From a virus: DNA of 31,769 nucleotides. The number at the start of each line of letters is the position of its first letter. Within the stretch, counting starts at the first letter, position 1. Position numbers and translations under genes: made by a program. A model generated the notes under the pieces. The model ran no database searches and was not told the DNA's origin. It saw only the letters and a program-made list of their open reading frames with translations. Positions 16,501 to 24,139 of the stretch are shown piece by piece. Location: IMG/VR virus record IMGVR_UViG_3300029703_000022; one strand, given 5' to 3'.

Positions 16501-18314
16501 AACCGATCCTTTTTCCGTCCACCGCGACGGAGTTTAACACGCAGGGGCTCGGCGTACTGACGGATGCGATCAGCTGCACGGTCACCGAGGAGCGCAACGG
16601 CGCTTTCGAGCTGACGATGCAATACCCGGATACCGGCGTGCATTTTGACGAGATCACGGACCGCTGCATCATCTATGCGATCCCGAGCCCATACCGGGCA
16701 CCGCAGCCTTTCCGCATCTACCGGATCACGCGGCCGATGGACGGCATTATCATGGTGTACGCGCAGCATATCACCTACGACCTCTCCGGCGTTCCGCTTA
16801 ATCCTTTTACAGCGATCAACGCGCCGGATGCGCTTTCAAAGCTCAGCCTCAACGCGGCGGTGGATAGTCCCTTCACTTTTTGGACGGACAAGTCTACCGT
16901 CGCATCTTTTAGTGTCTCGACACCGTCGTCGACGCGCTCGGTTCTCGGCGGTTCATCCGGCTCGATCCTAGACGTGTACGGCGGTGAGTACGAGTGGGAC
17001 GGCTTTGCCGTCCGCTTGTACGGCCATCGCGGATACGACAACGGCGTCGTGATTAGCTACGGTAAAAACCTGACGGACATCGAGCAGGACCGCAACATCT
17101 CCAACGTGGCGACCGGCATCTATCCGTATTGGACAAACGCGGAAGGGGCACTCGTGACCTGCGACCCAAAGATTGTCAACGCGCCGGGCACGTACGACTT
17201 TACGCGCGTCGTGCCGGTGGATTTTTCCAACGATTTTGAGGGACAGCCGACACCGGAGCAGCTGCAGGCGCGCGCGGGAAAGTATGTCGAAGACAACAAG
17301 ATCGGCATACCAAAAACGAGCATCACGGCGTCTTTCGTCCAGCTCGAGCAGTTTCCGGAGTACGAGGATCTTGCGCTGCTCGAAAAATGCGACCTCTGCG
17401 ACACGGTGACGATTAGATACCCGCGGCTCGGCGTAGAGGCGAAGGCCGAAATCGTCAAGATCGAGACGGACGTGCTGCTTGAGCGGTACAACTCCGTCGA
17501 GATCGGAGACGTGCGTACCAACATCGCGGACACTATCGTCGGGCAGCAACAGGAGATCAAGCAGAAACCGAGCGAAACTTACTTGCGAGAGGCAGTGCTT
17601 GCGCTTACGGAGACCATTCTCGGCGCATCCGGCGGCGCGGTGCGCTTGCTGGATACCAACAACGACGGCATGCCGGACACGCTGTACATTGCGGATGATC
17701 CGGACCCGACCAAGGCGCGCAAGGTGTGGCGCTTTAATCATGAGGGATGGGGTGCGAGCAATAACGGCTACAACGGGCCGTTTTCCTACGGAGCCACGCT
17801 GGAAAACGGTATGGTCGCCGATTTTATCACAGCGGGCACGCTCAACGCTGATCTCGTCAACATCGTCAACTTGATTGCCGACCATGTGGTGAGCCGAAAC
17901 GCCGGATTTGAGATGGACCTGTGGGCGGCAGTACTGAGGCTGATGGAAAACGACAACCTACGCGTGCGCATCTACTCGACAGCCCAAAGCGCCGGAGGCA
18001 TTGTGCAGGTCTTTTCTGGCACCGTGACAAATGAGGGAGGCCTAGGCGAGGACGGCTCTTACTCGTACCTCGGACCGATCGGCGCGGGCGTGGGCGAAAA
18101 AAGTGACGGAAGCTATACCGGGACGATTAAAACTGGGACGCTGGTCGTCTACGACAGGGTAAAAACCGAAAGCGGAAACTCAATCCTGTCCATAGTAAAC
18201 GGGCAGCGCATCGGGCACTTTGACCGGCTCGCCATCGGCGATAACGCAGATTTTAGCGTGTCGTGGGTATGGGACCCGCAACTCGGTCGATACGTGCTCT
18301 GCAGCAATAACTAG
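16497..18314 (+). CDS. Tail-associated protein (Tal / prophage tail endopeptidase-type minor structural protein)
   Basis: ATGA overlap with Dit. MKPILFPSTATEFNTQGLGVLTDAISCTVTEERNGAFELTMQYP is the typical N-terminus of this family. Confidence 0.75.
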   Translation: MKPILFPSTATEFNTQGLGVLTDAISCTVTEERNGAFELTMQYPDTGVHFDEITDRCIIYAIPSPYRAPQPFRIYRITRPMDGIIMVYAQHITYDLSGVPLNPFTAINAPDALSKLSLNAAVDSPFTFWTDKSTVASFSVSTPSSTRSVLGGSSGSILDVYGGEYEWDGFAVRLYGHRGYDNGVVISYGKNLTDIEQDRNISNVATGIYPYWTNAEGALVTCDPKIVNAPGTYDFTRVVPVDFSNDFEGQPTPEQLQARAGKYVEDNKIGIPKTSITASFVQLEQFPEYEDLALLEKCDLCDTVTIRYPRLGVEAKAEIVKIETDVLLERYNSVEIGDVRTNIADTIVGQQQEIKQKPSETYLREAVLALTETILGASGGAVRLLDTNNDGMPDTLYIADDPDPTKARKVWRFNHEGWGASNNGYNGPFSYGATLENGMVADFITAGTLNADLVNIVNLIADHVVSRNAGFEMDLWAAVLRLMENDNLRVRIYSTAQSAGGIVQVFSGTVTNEGGLGEDGSYSYLGPIGAGVGEKSDGSYTGTIKTGTLVVYDRVKTESGNSILSIVNGQRIGHFDRLAIGDNADFSVSWVWDPQLGRYVLCSNN

Positions 18315-18331
18315 TAGGGGAGGACGAAAAA

Positions 18332-19495
18332 ATGCCAATTGAAACAACGGCGGCGCTGCGAGTCGACCTGCTCGACCCGGGAGCGCCGCAGATCATTCAC
18401 GCGGTGCAGGACGACAGCAACAGCCGCAAAATCGCTTTTAGCATCTACGCGGGCGGCGCGCAGTGGAATGTGCCCGACGGCACGCTTGTGACCGTCCGCT
18501 ACAAAAAGCCAGACGGCACCGCAGGCTTTTACGACACGCTGCCTGACGGCAGCACGCCGGCTGCGACGATCGACGGCAACGTCGTGACCGTGGCCCTTGT
18601 GCCGCAGGCTTTTACGGTGCGCGGCAACATACCGGTACAGATCAAGCTGTACGATAGTGCAGGCACCAGCATCACGACGTTTGCGGTCGTGATGCACGTC
18701 TCGGCCAACGTCGTCTCAGACGCGGAGATCGTCTCGTCGGATTACTACAGCGTCCTGACCAAGCAGATCGCCGATGCACTCGCGGCGGCGGAGGGAATAC
18801 CGGGACAGGTGTCTGCCGCGCAGGCAGCGGCAAAACAGGCTGCATCTTCGGCCAACGCAGCGGCAGGCTCAGCGACGGAGGCCGCCAGCTCGGCGAGTAC
18901 AGCCTCCACCGCGGCCGGGCAGGCGCAGACAGCGGCCACCAATGCGGGACAGTCCGAAACCAACGCAGCCACCAGCGCAAGCAACGCGGAAGGCGCCAAG
19001 ACTGCAGCAGAAACGGCAGCCAACAACGCCAGCAGCGACGCGGCTGCGGCCGAAAACGCGAAAACGGCAGCGCAGACCGCGGCGACGAATGCGCAAGAAT
19101 CCGCGCAGAGCGCGGCAGAATCGGCTTCGCAGGCAGCGAACACGCTTGCGAACGCGCTGCCGAAAACCGGCGGGGAGATCACAGGGACCCTTAAGGTTAT
19201 AGGCGCAAATACGCCTAACTTTTTGGGCGAGTTTTCGGACATGGTCACGGCGGGATGGAACGCTATAAAAAACTGGTATGATGAGATACCATTTCACGCC
19301 GGAAATTTTGCGCTGATCAACAGCGGCCAAGCAGCTCACGGGCTCCCGACCGGATGGGTTTTTTTGGTTGCGTACAAAACGGAAGATCTTTACGGGATCA
19401 TCGAAGCAACTGTTTATGAAAATCCCTACAAAAGGATCACGGTGATCTACGAGAGCGATATCCCGGATTTCTCGGCAATGAATGCTGCAACGTAG
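18332..19495 (+). CDS. Tail fibre / receptor-binding protein with BppU-like N-domain and an Ala/Ser/Thr/Gln-rich helical stalk
   Basis: N-terminus LDPGAPQIIHAVQDDSNSRKIAFSIY...VTVRYKKPDG. Stalk AAKQAASSANAAAGSATEAASS.... PKTGGEITGTL motif precedes the C-terminal head. Confidence 0.7.
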   Translation: MPIETTAALRVDLLDPGAPQIIHAVQDDSNSRKIAFSIYAGGAQWNVPDGTLVTVRYKKPDGTAGFYDTLPDGSTPAATIDGNVVTVALVPQAFTVRGNIPVQIKLYDSAGTSITTFAVVMHVSANVVSDAEIVSSDYYSVLTKQIADALAAAEGIPGQVSAAQAAAKQAASSANAAAGSATEAASSASTASTAAGQAQTAATNAGQSETNAATSASNAEGAKTAAETAANNASSDAAAAENAKTAAQTAATNAQESAQSAAESASQAANTLANALPKTGGEITGTLKVIGANTPNFLGEFSDMVTAGWNAIKNWYDEIPFHAGNFALINSGQAAHGLPTGWVFLVAYKTEDLYGIIEATVYENPYKRITVIYESDIPDFSAMNAAT

Positions 19496-19510
19496 AGTGA
19501 CGGAGGAAAA

Positions 19511-19774
19511 ATGGAGGAAATTCTTGTCGCGATCATCACCGGCGGGCTTGCGCTTGTCGGCGTGATCATCACCAACGTCGCCGGTAACCGCCGCGCAGAA
19601 GAAAAGCTCCGGGTCGCGCAGGCGATCACGGACGCGAAGATCGAAGAGCTCACGCGGGAGGTGCGAAAACATAATAATTTTGCCGAAAAAATCCCCGTAA
19701 TACAAGAGCAAATCAAGGTCGTAAACCACCGCCTTGCAGACCTGGAGGACATCGAAAGGAAGGATCACCCATGA
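19511..19774 (+). CDS. Membrane-anchored coiled-coil protein, lysis-associated (XhlA-like)
   Basis: N-terminal TM ILVAIITGGLALVGVIITNV, then KIEELTREVRKHNNFAEKIPVIQEQIKVVNHRLADLE. Lies directly upstream of the holin with an ATGA overlap. Confidence 0.45.
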   Translation: MEEILVAIITGGLALVGVIITNVAGNRRAEEKLRVAQAITDAKIEELTREVRKHNNFAEKIPVIQEQIKVVNHRLADLEDIERKDHP

Positions 19775-19998
19775 AAACAAAGTGGAAAAATTGGCTCAAG
19801 GCCGCGGGCGTCCGCGCTGTGAAAACAATCGCGCAGACCGCTGTCGCGACGATCGGCACCTCTGCGGTGCTCGGCGAGGTGGACTGGATCGTGGTAGCCA
19901 GCGCGTCGGTGCTCGCCGGCGTGCTCTCGCTCCTCACAAGCGTTGCCGGCCTGCCGGAGCTGCCCGACACGGACGGAGACGGTTTTCCAGATCAATAA
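19771..19998 (+). CDS. Holin (r1t-holin-like), with an acidic DTDGDGFPD tail
   Basis: 75 aa. VRAVKTIAQTAVATIG...VDWIVVASASVLAGVLSLLTSVAG, two TM segments. Confidence 0.65.
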   Translation: MKTKWKNWLKAAGVRAVKTIAQTAVATIGTSAVLGEVDWIVVASASVLAGVLSLLTSVAGLPELPDTDGDGFPDQ

Positions 19999-20026
19999 AG
20001 GACGGCTCGAGAAGAGGTGATATAAA

Positions 20027-20578
20027 TTGATTATGCACGAGATCACATTGGACGGATACGCTGCGCAGTGTGCCGAACAGCCGATCCGCCTCGGCACGGC
20101 GGGCAGCTACGGCGTGGAGACATTGCGCGTGATGCGCAAGGGCGAATGGGTAGATTACGATATTATCGTCGCTTTCCACCCGCCAAAAGGAGAATCCGTG
20201 CAAATACGCCTTGGATCGGATAATGCCGTGTCTGTCCCTGCGGAGGCCACTGCGGTTGCAGGCACGGGAGAGCTCACGTTTGCAGGATACACAGACGGCG
20301 TGCGGCAAATCTCCGTGAGCCGAATCTATCGTGTGGCAGAAAGTGCGGGCACGGAGGGGATCGCCCCCGCAGAACCCACGCCAGACGTGGTACAGCAGAT
20401 TTTGTCGGCGGCGACTGAAGCGGCTAACAAAGCCGAACAAGCTGAAGAAACTGCCAAAGCGTCCGTGATGACGCTGATGCAGGTAAATTTAATGGCCCGC
20501 AAGGCCCTAAAGGTGACACCGGCCCCATCGGCCCGGTCGGACCGCAAGGCCCTAAAGGTGACACCGGCCCTGCCGTAG
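20027..20578 (+). CDS. Tail-fibre-like protein, N-terminal part (ORF as it stands; its last ~35 codons read the collagen-repeat DNA out of frame)
   Basis: TTG 20027 or ATG 20033 after GAGAAGAGGTGA. Contains ITLDGYAAQCAEQPIRLGTAGSYGVETLRV... then AEQAEETAKAS. Confidence 0.6.
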   Translation: MIMHEITLDGYAAQCAEQPIRLGTAGSYGVETLRVMRKGEWVDYDIIVAFHPPKGESVQIRLGSDNAVSVPAEATAVAGTGELTFAGYTDGVRQISVSRIYRVAESAGTEGIAPAEPTPDVVQQILSAATEAANKAEQAEETAKASVMTLMQVNLMARKALKVTPAPSARSDRKALKVTPALP

Positions 20579-21483
20579 CACTGGACACCACCCTCACCCA
20601 CGAGGGCGAAGCCGCTGACGCAAAAGCCACAGGTGACGCTATCAGCGTAGTCAAGGCGCGGCAGAACGTCCTTGTCGGCAGCGAGACCGGCAATCCGATC
20701 GCCGTTGACGATGCTTTCTCTGCGCCGCTGTGCGGTCTGACCGTGTACGGCAAGAGCACGCAGGACGGCACACCCACGCCGGATGCGCCTGTACCTATCG
20801 TGAGCGCCGGTAACGGCGGGACGATTGCAGTGACCTTGAGCGATGGAAACGGTAAAACGCAAACTCTCACCCTGCCCACCCCCACCGGCTTACCCGGCAT
20901 CCCTGTCGCCTCTGGCGGCAACTACACTGACCCGCAGGGCCAGCAGTGGGCGTGCGACGAGGTGGACTTGGAGAGAGGAGTAACGGTGCAGAGGGTAAAT
21001 CGACTAAAATTGGATGGCTTGTCATGGCGCTACGAGCTCACACCGACAAACAAAAGCGACACTTTTATTTCTAATGTTCCTGCATCGCAAGACGGAACAA
21101 CGCGGGGATATTCCTTGTGCCAATATGCTGTTTTTGACGGTGTTGCTTATGACATCGAGATGGCAGAGAGCTGTAGATGCTATGTGTGGGTTCAAAGCGT
21201 AACGCTACAGTTTAAGGCTGGCTCGGGCGTTAATTCGGTCGTCGCCTTTTCAGAATGGCTCGAAGCGCGCCCAGACGCAAGCATTTTTTACTGCCTCGCC
21301 ACTCCCATCGAAACTCCGCTCACCCCTGCTGAAATCGCCGCTTACAAAGCCCTCACCGCCTACGCGCCCGACACTGTGGTGCAAGCGAGCGACGGCGCGG
21401 GGGTAAAACTGGACTATCAGAGAGATGTTAACATCGTGATCAAAAAGCTTGAGGACGCCATCGCGTCCATGACTACTACATAA
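20482..21483 (+). CDS. Tail-fibre-like protein, collagen-like and C-terminal part (different frame, no start codon of its own before GTG 20743)
   Basis: The frame is open from 20446. Contains GPQGPKGDTGPIGPVGPQGPKGDTGPA, then LDTTLTHEGEAADAKATGDAI, ...YGKSTQDGTPTPDAPVPI.... Confidence 0.6.
   Translation, partial: GKFNGPQGPKGDTGPIGPVGPQGPKGDTGPAVALDTTLTHEGEAADAKATGDAISVVKARQNVLVGSETGNPIAVDDAFSAPLCGLTVYGKSTQDGTPTPDAPVPIVSAGNGGTIAVTLSDGNGKTQTLTLPTPTGLPGIPVASGGNYTDPQGQQWACDEVDLERGVTVQRVNRLKLDGLSWRYELTPTNKSDTFISNVPASQDGTTRGYSLCQYAVFDGVAYDIEMAESCRCYVWVQSVTLQFKAGSGVNSVVAFSEWLEARPDASIFYCLATPIETPLTPAEIAAYKALTAYAPDTVVQASDGAGVKLDYQRDVNIVIKKLEDAIASMTTT
20494..20574 (+). repeat. Collagen-like (G-X-Y)x9 coding repeat containing a 45-nt near-duplication
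   Basis: ggcccgcaaggccctaaaggtgacaccggccc at 20494 and ggaccgcaaggccctaaaggtgacaccggccc at 20539. Confidence 0.9.
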
Positions 21484-21496
21484 GGAGGATAAATAA

Positions 21497-22426
21497 ATGG
21501 TACCGATCAAACAAAACTTACTTAACCCGGGCAAATATGACCTAAAAGTCCCGGTGGAATCCTGCGCAAAGGACATGAAATATATCGTCGTGCACAACAC
21601 GGCGAACGATGCTTCTGCCGCGAATGAAGTCGCGTATATGATTCGCAACGACAGCTCTACGTCGTTTAACGCGGCGGTCGATGACAAGGAAATCGTCATT
21701 GGTATCCCGCTGAACAGAGGTGCGTTTGCGGCAGGGCAGCGCGACGGCAACGCACATGGTATTCACATCGAGATTTGCTATTCGCTCTCGGGAGGCACGC
21801 GCTTCGATAAAGCCGAGAAGAACGCCGCAGAGTATATCGCAAAGCTGCTCACCGAGCGCAAATGGGACATTTCGCACGTGAAGAAGCATCAGGACTTCGA
21901 TGGTAAGTATTGCCCGCACAGAACGCTCGACAAGGGCTGGCAGCGCTTTTTGAACATGGTGAAAAGCTACATGACGGCGAGCACACCGGCAAAGCCTACA
22001 CCCAAGCCGAGTGCGCCGAAGCCCACCTGCACGGGCGATCTGACGTATTCCGCATACGCGGGGCGCCATTGGCTCCCGCAGGTAAAAAACTGCGAGGACT
22101 ACGCGGGCAACTTTGGACAGGCGGTGGAAGGACTTAAAATCAATGCCAAAAACTGCGATATTTATTATCGAGTTCATCTCCGGGGCGGCGGTTGGCTCCC
22201 GGAGATCAAAAACAGCGGCGCTGGTGCAGACGGCTACGCGGGCATTTACGGCGAGCAGATCGACGGCGTACAGATACGCACGCACGTCGGCTTTGTAGAC
22301 TGCCGCGTACATATCAAGGGCGGCGGCTGGCTTAGCTGGGTGCGCTTTGGAAGCAAGTACAATTCCGGCGCAAACGGCTACGCGGGCATTTACGGCTCGG
22401 CCATTGATGCAATCCAGATGGAGTAA
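21497..22426 (+). CDS. Endolysin: N-acetylmuramoyl-L-alanine amidase (Amidase_2/PGRP type) with three ChW-like C-terminal wall-binding repeats
   Basis: YIVVHNTANDASA...HGIHIEICYS...KKHQDFDGKYCPHR. C-terminal repeats are of the form YRVHLRGGGWLPEIKN...GYAGIYGEQIDGVQI. Confidence 0.9.
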   Translation: MVPIKQNLLNPGKYDLKVPVESCAKDMKYIVVHNTANDASAANEVAYMIRNDSSTSFNAAVDDKEIVIGIPLNRGAFAAGQRDGNAHGIHIEICYSLSGGTRFDKAEKNAAEYIAKLLTERKWDISHVKKHQDFDGKYCPHRTLDKGWQRFLNMVKSYMTASTPAKPTPKPSAPKPTCTGDLTYSAYAGRHWLPQVKNCEDYAGNFGQAVEGLKINAKNCDIYYRVHLRGGGWLPEIKNSGAGADGYAGIYGEQIDGVQIRTHVGFVDCRVHIKGGGWLSWVRFGSKYNSGANGYAGIYGSAIDAIQME

Positions 22427-22522
22427 GATGTTAAAAAGCCGCTAAATTATCACATTGATTTGCAAACTGTATGCTAAAATAGCAAATAGGCATTTTTTTA
22501 ACAGTTTGCAAGCAAAGCAAAA

Positions 22523-22567
22523 GGCGCAGGGCTGCCGGGATCTCCGAGCGGGCTCTGCGCCTTTTTT
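22523..22567 (+). terminator. Intrinsic terminator ending the late operon
   Basis: Stem ggcgcagggc/gctctgcgcc (G-U valid on the + strand) followed by TTTTTT. Confidence 0.75.
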
Positions 22568-22591
22568 ATTTTCAGAAGACATCGCCTTGAA

Positions 22592-22722
22592 TGGTAAAAG
22601 TAAAAGGCTTGTCAGCATGATGCTCCAAGCCTTTTACTTTTGCAATAAAGCAACAACAATTATTTCTATCCAACACCGCCGCCCGTAGGGACGACGCGAC
22701 ACACCGATAAAACCTATCGGAT
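22592..22722 (-). ncRNA. Candidate small RNA (about 130 nt) between the lysis module and attP
   Basis: Minus-strand promoter at 22729-22757. 5' hairpin ccgata/tatcgg (22704-22720). GC-rich middle. 16-bp perfect stem at 22596-22611/22626-22641 with a U-rich 3' side. Confidence 0.25.
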
Positions 22723-22728
22723 AGCTTT

Positions 22729-22757
22729 AGTATAGCATGGCAGGTTTTAAAAATCAA
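22729..22757 (-). promoter_or_regulatory. Sigma-A-like promoter TTGATT-17-TGcTATACT (minus strand)
   Basis: -35 at 22757-22752 and -10 at 22734-22729 with an extended TG. Confidence 0.4.
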
Positions 22758-22806
22758 TACTTTTCAAAATTTTTTAAAACCTCGATTTAGCAGATAGGTG
22801 ATGAGC

Positions 22807-22831
22807 GTGTTGCATATCGTGTTGCATTTTG
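22807..22831 (+). repeat. attP arm-type repeats (GTGTTGCAT x2, 12-nt phasing)
   Basis: gtgttgcatatcgtgttgcattttg. The 13-mer gtgttgcattttg recurs at 23038-23050. Confidence 0.45.
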
Positions 22832-22905
22832 ATAAAAAACGGCTTAATTACATAAAAATAAGCTTTAAAACATAAAAATATTTTTGAGAAAAAACAAAGA
22901 AAAAA

Positions 22906-22945
22906 CCGCATGAAATCTGAGCTTTTTAGATTTCATGCGGTTTTT
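22906..22945. terminator. Perfect 13-bp hairpin with flanking A and T runs (bidirectional terminator next to the tRNA-like core)
   Basis: ccgcatgaaatct-gagcttttt-agatttcatgcgg, preceded by AAAAA and followed by TTTTT. Confidence 0.6.
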
Positions 22946-22950
22946 GGGGT

Positions 22951-22981
22951 TGGTGCAGGTAACAGGACTTGAACCCGTAAC
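22951..22981 (-). other. attP core candidate: 3' end fragment of a tRNA gene (T-arm, acceptor 3' strand, CCA)
   Basis: The reverse complement is gttACGGGTTCAAGTCCTGTTACCTGCACCA. It shows a T-stem/loop and a 7-nt acceptor strand plus A-CCA. No matching 5' acceptor strand (gcaggta) lies upstream, so it is not a complete tRNA. Confidence 0.6.
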
Positions 22982-23025
22982 ATATACACGCAAAACCCGC
23001 ATAAACTCTATATATTTTGAAACAT

Positions 23026-23050
23026 GTGTTGCTTTTTGTGTTGCATTTTG
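23026..23050 (+). repeat. attP arm-type repeats (GTGTTGCTT, GTGTTGCAT), immediately 3' of int
   Basis: gtgttgctttttgtgttgcattttg. Same orientation and 12-nt phasing as 22807-22831. Confidence 0.45.
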
Positions 23051-23053
23051 CTT

Positions 23054-24079
23054 TTATCCGTAAGATTTTGTAAATCGGTCAACGATTTTTGCGTTAAAGT
23101 CCTTTTGCTCATCGGATAAAACGTGCTCGTAGATTTTGTCGAGGACATCGCGGTTTTCCCACCCGCCGCGCTGCATGATATAGAGGTCTGGCACGCCCAT
23201 AGCGTGCAGAACAGAAGCGGAATGGTGGCGCAGATCGTGAAAGCGGTACGGTTTACCCAACACGCGCAGGGAGAGCGTGCGGAAGAGGTTTGATATTGTA
23301 ATAGGCGAGTACGGGCATACGCGCTCATTATCTATGCTACGCAGCTCATCAATGATAAATTTCGGCAGCTCCACAAATCGAGTCCCGGCGGTTGTTTTGG
23401 TAGACTTGATAACATACTCGTGATTATCGTCACAGACCATAGCCTTGTTAACCATGACGCCGTTATCGTGCACGTCGCTTTGCGTCAGGGCACATATTTC
23501 GGAGCGGCGCAGGGTGCCTACAGCAGCCAACAAAATAGCTTGGTGCATATTAGTGCCCTCGGACGCTTCCAGCAATGCCTTTACTTCCGCCTCGGTGGGG
23601 ATGGTGATTCTTGCCTTTTGCTTCTGCGGCAATCCCGTGGAGAGTTGGAAAGAGGGATAATATACGCCCAGCACGGCAGATAAAAGCCCATGGGCATTGC
23701 GCACGGTCTTTGGCGCATGATTTGCCGCGAACTGGTTTATGGAGCGCTGCACGGCCTCCTGCGTAATGTCGCGCAGCTTTAACGGCATAATGTCTTGTAG
23801 GTCATTCCGGGCGCTTCGGCGGTACTCGCGTATCGTAGAGGGCGAGAGCACGTTGGTTTTGCTGTCGATATAGCGCGTGTATGCCTCTTTCAAAGTCATG
23901 TCTCCGGCGGATGCGGTGCGCTGCTTTCCGTCCAATTTGTATTCTGCCGCCATGTATTCGGCTTCTTTTTTTGTTGTGGCGGTAAATGATTTGTAAATCC
24001 GCTTTCCGGTGGCGGGGTCCGTGTAATCGTATAGATTTACGCGCCAGTTACCGGAGGGCAGTTTTTTAGCTTTTGCCAT
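23054..24079 (-). CDS. int: Tyrosine site-specific integrase
   Basis: 341 aa. N-terminus LPSGNWRVNLYDYTDPATGKRIYKSF. Catalytic region LRRSEICAL...RFHDLRHHSASVLHAMG...GGWENRDVLDKIYEH. Confidence 0.92.
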   Translation of the reverse strand: MAKAKKLPSGNWRVNLYDYTDPATGKRIYKSFTATTKKEAEYMAAEYKLDGKQRTASAGDMTLKEAYTRYIDSKTNVLSPSTIREYRRSARNDLQDIMPLKLRDITQEAVQRSINQFAANHAPKTVRNAHGLLSAVLGVYYPSFQLSTGLPQKQKARITIPTEAEVKALLEASEGTNMHQAILLAAVGTLRRSEICALTQSDVHDNGVMVNKAMVCDDNHEYVIKSTKTTAGTRFVELPKFIIDELRSIDNERVCPYSPITISNLFRTLSLRVLGKPYRFHDLRHHSASVLHAMGVPDLYIMQRGGWENRDVLDKIYEHVLSDEQKDFNAKIVDRFTKSYG

Positions 24080-24101
24080 TGTAAAAACCTCCTATTATTG
24101 A

Positions 24102-24137
24102 AAATCCCGTAGATACGTTTTTGTATCCACGGGATTT
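24102..24137 (-). terminator. Intrinsic terminator between the HTH-TM gene and int
   Basis: 15-bp stem aaatcccgtggatac/gtatctacgggattt. Its single non-Watson-Crick pair is G-U only on the minus strand. Followed by TTTT. Confidence 0.6.
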
Positions 24138-24139
24138 TG

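Noticed and set aside
18750-19150. Diversity-generating retroelement target in the fibre genes (repetitive Ala/Ser/Thr/Asn-rich region)
   Set aside because: No reverse transcriptase gene and no template/variable repeat pair anywhere in the genome. The region is the usual low-complexity helical stalk of tail fibres.
22455-22757. ORFs 22455-22688 (+) and 22572-22757 (-) in the lysis-to-attP spacer
   Set aside because: They have no RBS, run through terminator hairpins, and have odd composition. The minus ORF begins inside the predicted promoter. The region is better explained as non-coding (terminators, candidate sRNA, attP arm).
22951-22981. Complete tRNA gene on the minus strand
   Set aside because: Only the T-arm, acceptor 3' strand and CCA are present. 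There is no complementary 5' acceptor strand (gcaggta), D-arm or anticodon arm in the adjacent sequence. I interpret it as the attP core.
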